A stretch of 64,000 nucleotides of DNA. It comes from the human T2T-CHM13v2.0 reference genome, Homo sapiens. The position numbers were made by a program, and so were the translations under genes. The notes under the pieces are model-generated. The model searched no databases. It was not told the origin of the DNA and saw only the letters and a list, made by a program, of their open reading frames with translations. The stretch is taken from NCBI RefSeq assembly GCF_009914755.1, contig NC_060925.1. One strand, written 5' to 3'. Positions 14,801 through 25,283 of this stretch are shown here, one piece after another (position 1 is the first letter of the stretch; every line of letters starts with the position of its first letter).

Positions 14801-17049
14801 AAATTAAGGCAGAAATCAAGAAATTTCTTGAAACTAATGAAAAGAAAGGTACAACATACCAGAATCTCTAGGATACAACTAAAGTAGCATTCAGATAAAA
14901 GTTTATGTGCTAAACATCCATATCAAAAGCTACAAAGATCTCAAATTAACAACCTAACATCACTCCTAGAGGAATTAGAAAAAGAAGAAACCAACCTCAA
15001 AACTAACAGAAGAAAAGGAATAACCAACACCAGAGCTGAACTGAATGAAACTGAGACCACAAAAAAAAACATACAAAAGATCAATAAAAGCAAAATTTGT
15101 TTTTTGAAAGAATAAATAAGATTGATAGACCTCTTATCTAGACTAATAAAGGAAAAGAGAAGATTCAAAAAAATGCAGTCAGGAATGACAAAAAGGACAC
15201 TATCACCAATCCCACAGAAATTTTTTAAATCTTCATAAACTATTGTAAGCACCTCTGAGCACACAAACTAGAAAATCTAGAAGAAATTGATAAATTCCTT
15301 GAAACATACAACCTCGTAAGATTGAACCAGGAAAAAAGATGGGAACCCTGAACAGATTAATAATGAATTCTGACATTAAATAGAAATAAAAAGCTTACCA
15401 ACCAAAAAAAGTTCAGGACCAGACAGATGCATAACTGAATTCTAGCAGATGTACAAAAAAGAGCTGATACCAATCCTACTGAAACTATTCCAAAAAATTG
15501 AGGCAGAGGGACTCCTGCCTAACTCATTCTATGAGGCCAGCATCATTCTGATACCAAAACCTGGCAAAGACACAACAAAATAGAAAACTTTAAGTCAATA
15601 TCCTTAATGAACATACATGCTAAAATCCTCAACAAAATACTAGCAAATCAAATCCAGCAACATATCAAAAACACACCATGATCAAGTAAGCTTTAGCCCT
15701 GGAATGCAAGGTTGGTTCAACATATGCAAATCAATACATGTGATTCATCACATAAATAGAACTAAAGACAAAAACCACATGATTATCTCAATAGACCCAG
15801 AAAGGCTTTCAATAAAATTCAACATCCCTTCATGTTAAAAACCCTCAAAAATTAGGCTACAAAGGAATATACTTCAAAATAATAGGAATCATCTATGAAA
15901 ACCCACAACCAATGTCATACTGAGCAGGCAAAAGGTGGGAGCAGTCCCCTTGAAAACCAGAACAAGACAAGGATACCTACTCTCACCACTCCCATTCAAC
16001 ATAGTACTGGAAGTTCTAGCCAGAACAATCAGGCAAGAGAAAGAAATAAAAAACATCAAAATAGGAAGAGAGGAATTCAAATTATCTCTCTTCACAGATG
16101 TATGATTCTATACTTAGGAAACCCCGTGTTGTCTGTCCAAAAGCTAATAGATCTGATAAACAACTTCAACAAACTTGCAGGATATAAAATCAGTACAAAA
16201 ATCAGTAGCATTTCTATACACCAATAATGTTCAAGCTTAGAGCAAAATAAAGAACACAATCCTATTCATATTAGCCACAAAAGGAAAAAAAATACCTAGA
16301 AATACAGCTAACCAGGGAGATGAAAGATTTTTACAATAAGAATTGCAAAACACTGATGAAAGAAATCAGAGATAACACAAACAAATGGAAAAACATTCCA
16401 TGCTCATGGATAGAAGAATCAATATTGTTAATATGGTCATAATGTCCAAAGCAACTTATAGATCCAATGCTATTCCTATAACACTAACCAATGTTATTTT
16501 TCACAGCATTAGGAAAAAACTACTCTAAAATATATACAGAACCTAAAAAGAGATCAAATACTCAAAACAAACCTTAGGGGAGAGAAAAGCCAGAGGCATC
16601 ACACTACCCAACTTCAAACTATACTACAAGGCTGTAGTAACCAAAACATCATGGTACTGGTACAAAAACAGACACATAGACCAATGGAATAGGTCAGAGA
16701 GCCCTGAAATAAAATTGCACAACTACAACCATCTGATTCCACAAAAACAAGCAATGGGGAAAGGATTCCCTATTCAATACATGATCCTGGAATAACATAT
16801 GCAGAAGATTAAAACTGGACCCCTTTATTTCACTATGTATAAAAAATCAACTCAAGATGGATTAAAGAATAAAATATAAAACTTAAACTATAAAATCCCT
16901 AGAAGAAAGCATAGGAAATACCATTCTGGACATAAGAACTGGCAAAGATTTCATAACAAGGACACCAAAAGTCATTGCAACAAAAACAAAAATTGACAGG
17001 TGAGACCTAATTAAACTTAAGTGCTTCTGCATGGCATAAGAAACTATCA

Positions 17050-17178
17050 TTATGGTTTCTCTTCAGAATGAATAAATCTTTTGCCTTTTATTAAAGATTT
17101 CCATGAAGAGGAACAGATGGGAGTTAGTAAGAAATGTTTTGAAGTCCTGCTTGAGCAGGGCCAAGTAAATTAAAAAAA
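17050..17178 (+). pseudogene. RNU5F-6P: U5 snRNA retropseudogene inserted in L1 ORF2
   Basis: tggtttctcttcag..aaatcttttgccttttattaaagattt..gaggaac matches U5 stem I and loop I (GCCUUUUAC read here as GCCTTTTAT); Sm-site remnant AATGTTTTGA; 3' hairpin; A-tail; TSD AAGAAACTATCA 17038-17049 / AAAAAACTATTA 17179-17190. The symbol is from recall. Confidence 0.9.
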
Positions 17179-17620
17179 AAAAAACTATTAACAGAGTAAA
17201 CAGACAACATAAAGAATGAGAGAAAATATTTGCAAACTGTGCATCTGAGAAGGGTCTAATATCTAGAATCTATAAGTAACTTAAACAAATCAACAAACAA
17301 CCCCAATAAAAAGTGGGCAAAGGACATGAACACAAACACACACTTCTCAAAAGAAGACATAAGCACAGCCAACAAGACATATAAAAAATGCTCAACATCA
17401 GTAATAATTAAAGAAATGCAAATCAAAACCACAATGAGATAGTTTCTCATACCAGTCAGAATGGCTATTATTAAAAAGTCAAAAAGCAACAGATTCTGGT
17501 AAGTTTGCAAAGAAAAGTATCTGTGCACAAAATCCCCATGACATGTAAATTATTCATGTAACAAAAATGCACATGTACCCACTAAACCTAAAATAAAATT
17601 TGGACATAAATAAATAAAAT

Positions 17621-20600
17621 AAAACTCATTGTAAAGTTAAGAATATAATCATATTAAGAATGTTCTAATTCTGTATTGGACATGTGTAATTATTTTTAAC
17701 ACTAGTATAAAAGTTAAACAACAAAAGTGTTAAGGAGAAGTATAGTTACAATAATTTGTTAATGGATACAAAATATAAAAAGATATAAATTATGATATCA
17801 ATGACATGAAACATTGGGAGAAGAAAAATAAAGTGTAGAGTTTTCAAATGCAGTTAAAGTTATCAGCGTAAAATAGACTATAATAACTACAAAATATTTT
17901 ATGTAAACCCCACAGCAACTACAAAAAGAAAACCTGTAGAAAACACACTGAAAGAAAAAGGAATCAAAGCATACAATTACAAAAATAAAAAGTTAAATCA
18001 CAAAAAGATGCCAATAAAGGAAGAAAGAAACAGAGGAATGGCTGTCAGAAAACAATTAACAAGACAGCAATAGTAAGTCCTTAACCATCAATAATTACTT
18101 TAAATGTAAATGGATTATTTCTCCAATCAAAAGGCATAGACTGATTGAACAGATGAAAAAGCAGTATTCAACTATGTATGTTGCCTACAAGAAACACTTT
18201 AGCTTTAAGAGTACACACAAGCTGAAAGTGAAGGGATGGGAAAAGACATCTCATTCAAATAGTAACTAACAGAGAGCAAGTGTGTGAATATACTTAGATA
18301 AAATAGACTTTAAATCAAAAACATTCACTTGATACAAAGGAGGTCATTATATAATGATAAAAGAGTCACTTTATCAAGAGGATATAACAGTTGTAAATAT
18401 GCATGCACCCAATATTGTAGCACCTAAATATAAATATATTGTAGCACCTAAATATAAGCAAATATTAGCAGAATGTAAAGGGAAAGTAGATAGCAATATA
18501 ATAATAGTAGGGAACTTTAGTACCCACCATCAATATCAGATAAATCATCCAGAGAAAAAAATCAATAAGGAAACAGAGGATTTGAACAAAACTATAGACC
18601 AAATCGACCTAACAGACATATACGGAGTATTCCTTTAAACAATGGTAGACTACGCATTTTTTCCAGACCTTTTGTTAGGCCACAAAACCAGTCTGAACTA
18701 ATTTTTTAAAATGAAAATCATATCAAATACGTTTTCTGACCACAATAATGTGAACTAAAATTCAGCGATGGGAGAAAAATTGGAACATTCACAAATCTTT
18801 GAATATGTGGAAATTAAACAACACACTCATAAATGACTCATAAAGATTTCAACGTAAGACATGAAACTATAATATTCCTTGAAAATTCAAAGAGGAAATC
18901 AAGAAGGCAATCAAAAAATATTTTGGGACAAATAAAATTGGAAAGACACCATAAACTTTAGCGGATGCAGTAAAAGCAGTTTAAAGAGGAAAGTTTACAG
19001 AAATAGTGCCTGCAATAAGGAAAAAGAAGTTCTCAAATAAGAAAACCTAAAATTACATTTCACAGAATGAAAAAGAACAAACTAAGCCTAGAGTTATTAG
19101 GAAAAAAAAGAAAATAATGAAGATCAAACAGAAATAAATAAGAAAATAGAAAAACAATGGAAATGAAATTAAGAATTGTTTTCTTGAAAAAGTAAACAAA
19201 AATGACAAATGTTTAGCAAGATTAAGAAAAAAGAGGTAAGACTCAAATAAATAAAATTATAAATGAAAGAGAAGACATTGCAACTGATGCCACATAAATA
19301 CGAAGGATACAAGAGACTACTATGAACAATTATATACCACCAAATTGGATAACCGAGAGAAATGGATAGATTCCTTGAAACATAAAACCTACCAAGGCTG
19401 AATCATGAGGAAATATATAATCTAAACTAATCAATAATGAGTGAGAATATTGAATCAGTAGTTTAAAACCTCCCCCCCAAAAAAATTCAGTAACTGAGCC
19501 TGTCATTAATGAATTCTACCAAGCATTTAAAGAACAATTAATGCCAATCTTTCTCAAACTCTTCCAAAAAATTAAAGCAAAGGAATTCTTCCATACTCAT
19601 TTTACAAGCCCAGCATTACCCTGATACCAAAGGACATTATAATAAAAGAAAATTACAGGCCAATAACTTTGATGAAAATAGATACAAAAATGGTCAACAA
19701 AATACTACCAAACTGAAATTATCAGCACATTTAAGTGTTCATACACCATGACTGAGTGGGATTTATTCCTGAGATGTAAGGATAGTTCAACATACACAAA
19801 TATAAATGTGATACACCACGCTAACAGAAGGAAGAATAAAAATGATATGATCATTTCAACAGATGCAGAGAAAGCATTTGATAAAATTCAACATCCTTCC
19901 ATGATAAGAACTCTCAACAAATTAAGTATACCAGGAAAGCACTTTGACATAATAAAAACTATATGTAACAAGCCCATAAACTACGTGTGACAAGCCCACA
20001 GCCAACAATCATACTCAATGGTGAAAAGCTAAATTTTTTCTCTCTAAGATCAGAAACAAGACAAGGATATGTATTCTGACCACTTTTATTCAATATAGTA
20101 CTGGAAGTCCTAGCTAGAACAGTCAGGAGAGGAGAGGAGAGGGGACGGAAGGGGAGGGGAAGGGAGGGGAGGAGAGGGGAAGAGAAGGGAGGGGAGAGCA
20201 GGGGAGGGGAGGGGAGGGGAGGAGAGGAGAGGAGAGGGGAGGCATCCAATTGGAAAAGAAGTAAAATTATCTCTGTGCACAGATGACCAGATTTTATAAA
20301 TAGAAAACCCTAAACACCCCACTAAAAAAAGTTATAACTTATAAACAAATTCAGTAAAGGTGCAGGATACAAAATCAACGTGCAAAAACCAGTAGCATTT
20401 CTATATACTCACAATGAACTGTCCCAGAAAAGAAATTAAGAAAATAATCCATTTACAATAGCATCAAAAAGAGTAAAATATTTAGGTATAAATTTCATCA
20501 AGAAGGTGAAAACTGTAAGACACTGATGAAAGAAAATAATGAAGACACAAATAAATGAAAAAAGTCCATATTTATAGACAGGAACCATTAATAGTATTAA

Positions 20601-22385
20601 AATATTCATAATATACAAAGTGATTTAATACAACCCCTATTAAAGTTTAAAATGGCATTTTTTACAGAAATAGAAAAAATAATAATCTTAAAATTCATAT
20701 GAAACCACAAAAAAAAACTGTTATAGCCAAAGCAATCTTGAGTAAAAAGAACACAGCTGGAGGCATTACACTAATTTCAAAATATAGTACAAAGCTATAG
20801 TAATCAGAACACTATGCGACTGACATAAAAATAGACATATACACCAATGGAACAGAATAGAGAGCCCAGAAGTAAATCCACATATTTACAGACAATTGAC
20901 CTTCATAAAAAGGTGCCAAGATTACACAATACAGAAAGGACGGTCTCCTAAATAAATGTTGTTGTGAAAACTAGATATACACATACAGAAGAATGAAAGT
21001 AAACACTTATACCATGTACAAAAATTAACTCAAAATACATTAACGGTTTCAATGTAAGACATAAAACTATAATATTCCCTGAAAAAAACATAGAAGAAAA
21101 GTTTCTTGATATTGACCTGGGAAATGATTTTTTAAAAATATATAACCCTAAAAGCACAGGAGACAAAAGCAAAATTATACAAATATGATTGCATCAAATT
21201 TAGAAGCTTCTTCACAGGAAAGAAAAAAAACAGATTAAAGAGACAACCTATGGAAGGGGGAAATGATATTTTCAAACCATAAATTTGATAAAGAGTTAAT
21301 ATCCAAAATATATTAGGAACTCAACTCAATAGCAAAAAGACAAATAACCTAATTAAAGAATGAGCAAAGGACCTGATAGACATTTCTCAAAAGAAGACAT
21401 ATAAATGGTCATTTATGGGTATATGAAAAAATGTTTCATATCACTACTCAACAGGGAAATGCAAATCAAAAGTGCAACCTCACATCTGTTAGAATGGCTA
21501 TTATCAAAAAAACAAGAAGTAGGTGTTGGCCAGGATGTGGAGAAAGGGAAACTCTTATACACTGTTGGTGGGAATGTATAATAAATTGGTGCAACCATTT
21601 TGAAAAACAGTTCAGAGGTTCTTCAAAAAACTAAAAATAAAACTACACTATGATCCACCAATCCTACTTCTGGGTATATATTCAAAGGAAATAAAATCAG
21701 TACCTTCAAGAAATAGCCACACAATCTTGTTCATTGTAGCATTATTCACAATACCCAAAATATAGAATCAACTTGAATGTTTATCGATGGATGAATGAAT
21801 AAAGAAAATGTGGCAAATACACACACATACACACACACACACACATATACACACACATAAATATGTAGCAGAAAACTATTCAGCTTTAACAAAGAAGAAA
21901 ATCTGTCAGTTGTGATAACATGGATGAACCTGGAGGATATTATGCTAAACAAAATAATCCAGGCACAAAGACAAATACTACGTGATCATACTTCTGTATG
22001 GAATCTAAAAATGTCAAATCACAGAAGCAAAGAATAATATGGTGGTTGCCAGGGACTTGGAGTAGGGAAAATGGGGAGATATTGATCAAAAGGAACAAAG
22101 TTTCAGGTATGCAGAATGACTAAGTTCTAGAAATCTAATGTACAGCATAGAGATTATAGTTAATAATACTGTATTATAAAATTAAAATTTCCTAGGACAG
22201 TAAATCTTAAATAGGTAAGAAAAGAAAAGCCATCCAATTGAGAAAGGAAGCAGTATTCTCATCACAAAAATAAAAAAGTAACTATGGGAGGAGAGAGATA
22301 TGTTAATTAGTCTGATTGTGGCAATCATTTCACAATGTATATGTATGTCAAAACATCATGTTGTACGTCTTCAATACATTTGCTG
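17621..22385 (+). mobile_element. Old L1MA8/9-type LINE-1, segment 2 (inter-ORF, ORF2, 3'UTR)
   Basis: EN-domain remnant (ORF 18354 NMHAPN..IIVGNFST), RT remnant (ORF 19748 [16 protein letters not shown]), L1MA-type 3'UTR gtaactatg..gatatgttaattag..catttcacaatgtata. Confidence 0.9.
20125..20240 (+). repeat. Polypurine (GGAGA/GGGGA)n simple repeat inside L1 ORF2
   Basis: ~115 bp almost pure purine pentamer array. Confidence 0.95.
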
Positions 22386-22453
22386 AAACATTTTTATCGA
22401 GGTAAAATATACTTATAAAATTTTACCATCTTAACCATTTATTTATATCAATT

Positions 22454-24018
22454 GAGGCGGCTCTCGTGGAGGCAGCTAGCGCGAGGCTGGGGAGCGCTGA
22501 GCCGTGCGTCGTGCCCTGCTGCTGCCCAGACTAGCGAACAATACAGTCAGGATGGCTAAAGGTGACCCCAAGAAACCAAAGGGCAAGATGTCTGCTTATG
22601 CCTTCTTTGTGCAGACAAGTAGAGAAGAACATAAGAAGAAAAACCCAGAGGTCCCTGTCAATTTTGTGGAATTTTCCAAGAAGTGCTCTGAGAGGTGGAA
22701 GACATGTCCGGGAAACAGAAATCTAAATTTGATGAAATGGCAAAGGCAGATAAAGTGCGCTATGATCGGGAAATGAAGGATTATGGACCAGCTAAGGGAG
22801 GCAAGAAGAAGAAGGATCCCAATGCTCCCAAAAGGCCACCGTCTGGATTCTTCCTGTTCTGTTCAGAATTCCACCCCAAAATCAAATCCACAAACCCCGG
22901 CATCTCTATTGGAGACGTGGCAAAAAACCTGAGTGAGATGTGGAATAATTTAAATGACAGTGAAAAGCAGCCTTACATCACTAAGGCTGCAAAGCTGAAG
23001 GAGAAGTATGAGAAGGATGTTGCTGACTATAAGTCGAAAGGAAAGTTTGATGGTGCAAAGGTCCTGCTAAAGTTGCCCGGAAAAAGGTGGAAGAGGAAGA
23101 GGAAGAGAAGGAGGAAGAAGAGGAGGAGGAGGAGGATGAGGAGAAGGAGGAATAAAGAAACTGTTTATCGTCTCCTTGTGAATACTTAGAGCAGGGGAGC
23201 GCCGTAATTGACACATCTCTTATTTGAGAAGTGTCTGTTGCCCTCATTAGGTTTAATTACAAAATTTGATCACGGTCACATTGTAGTCTCTCAAAGTGCT
23301 CTAGAAATTGTCAGTGGTTTACATGAAGTGGCCACGGGTGTCTGGAGCACCCTGAAACTGTATCAAAGTTGCACATATTTCCAAACATTTTTTAAATGAA
23401 AAGGCACTCTTCGTGTTCTCCTCACTCTGTGCACTTTGCCGTTGGTGTGACAAGGCATTTAAAGATGTTTCCTGCATTTTCTTTTTTTTATTATTTGTAA
23501 GGTGGTGTTAACTATGGTTATTGGCTAGAAATTCTGAGTTTTCAACTGTATATATATCTATAGTTTGTAAAAAGAACAAAACAACCAAGACAAACTCTTG
23601 ATGCTCCTTGCTCGGCGTTGAGGCTGTGGGGAAGATGCCTTTTGGAGAGACTGTAGCTCAGGGCGTGCAATGTGAGGCTGGACCTGTTGACCCTGCAGGG
23701 GGCATACATTTAGCTTCAGGTTGTCTTGTTTCTGTATATAGTGACATAGCATTCTGCTGCCATCTTAGCTGTGGACAAAGGTGGGTCAGCTGGCATGAGA
23801 ATATTTTTTTTTTAAGTGTGGTAGTTTTTAGACTGTTTTTAAACAAACTGTAGAACTCTTCATTGTCAGCAAAGCAAAGAGCCACTGCATCAATGAAAGT
23901 TCAAGAACCTCCTGTACTTAAAAATGATTTGCAATGTTCTGTTATTTTTTTTTGTATGTTTAGAATGCTGAAATGTTTTTGAAGTTAAATAAACAGTATT
24001 ACATTTAAAAAAATAAAT
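22454..24018 (+). pseudogene. HMGB3P6: Processed pseudogene of HMGB3
   Basis: CpG-retaining 5'UTR; ATG 22552 [22 protein letters not shown]; intronless; 1-nt deletions at ~22703 and ~23060; original stop TAA 23153-23155; 3'UTR; AATAAA 23988-23993; A-tail from 24007; degenerate TSD TATAT(G)CAATT 22444-22453 / 24022-24032. Parent gene is secure; the P6 number is from recall. Confidence 0.95.
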
Positions 24019-24090
24019 AAATATATGCAATTATGTGTCAACTATACCTCAGTAAAGCTGAAATAAATAAATAAATAAATAAATAAATAA
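24019..24090 (+). mobile_element. L1MA 3' terminus and (TAAA)n tail, segment 3
   Basis: tgtcaactatacctcagtaaagctg is the L1MA end, followed by (TAAA)n. Confidence 0.85.
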
Positions 24091-24379
24091 GGTTTTAAGC
24101 TTGTGATTTTCTTTCTCTAAATTCTGTAGTTCAGGAAGAACCAGTCATCACATCCACACCACTCTTTATGCACCATAAAGTTCTATTAGTACAAGAACTT
24201 GGTGATTTCAAGCCTCACCTTCTGTAGACACTTGACTTCAGGTAGGGGAAGGAGATAATTTAAGCAACTATTTCGTCATTGCATGACATGGTCAATCATG
24301 ATCGAAAGCTAATCAGATCAAATAACTAATTGGAGATTCCCACTTTAAATGTTCTGTTCCCTTGGGGATGCTTCTAGTA

Positions 24380-24870
24380 CAGAAACCTGTTTCAATCAGA
24401 CTTCCATCAGAAAAACAGAAGCCATTTAAAGTACCTGGGATATAAAAAGTTTAGTAGCAGAATTATGAGTTTGTGTGATCTTTGGAAAAGCTGCAGGAGC
24501 AAAGGTCAGGGAGCCAGCACTAATGATATTAGACTCAAGCATCAATGTGGGTGACTCTTAAAACTTGCCAGGAAACTGCTAAGAAGTTTGCACTGTCAGC
24601 CTGCAGCAGTGATGAGAATGATTCTTAAGAGCTCACTGGAAAGCCACTTTGAATCTCACCTTTGCCCTTGCATCTGGCACAATTGTGTCCTGAGAATAAC
24701 GGCTTCTCCTTTTTCACCTTCTAAATGACATGTGAGTTATTCTTATTGGAAAAAAAAATCTAACCTAGAACTACAAAGGGAAGGGATTCTGGGACCTGTA
24801 ACTTCTAGTTGTTTCTGCAATGCACGTAAAGCTTAGAAGAGCATGCTGATAATGTCTAATTGACAACAGA
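24380..24870. mobile_element. Old MaLR/ERVL-type LTR remnant
   Basis: cagaaaaacagaagcca ... cttattgg..aatctaacctagaac..gggaagggattctggg resemble MLT1-family motifs. Confidence 0.4.
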
Positions 24871-24970
24871 TAATATGTAGCAATTATCAAAAGGAATAAA
24901 TCATTAATGATAGTATTTCAGGCGTTGGTTTGCAGATTATAAGTATCATACTCGGGGATAGAATTTCTTT

Positions 24971-25283
<313 letters not shown>

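Noticed and set aside
12922-17515. Retrotransposition-competent L1
   Set aside because: ORF1 and ORF2 are fragmented by many stops/frameshifts, insertions and a 3' deletion
18412-18457. 24-bp tandem duplication (also 15-bp at ~34685-34714 and 19-bp direct repeat at 54648-54700)
   Set aside because: Ordinary two-copy slippage events; no spacer array, so not CRISPR-like
22454-22551. CpG-island promoter
   Set aside because: Only ~100 bp of CpG-rich HMGB3 5'UTR carried in by retroposition
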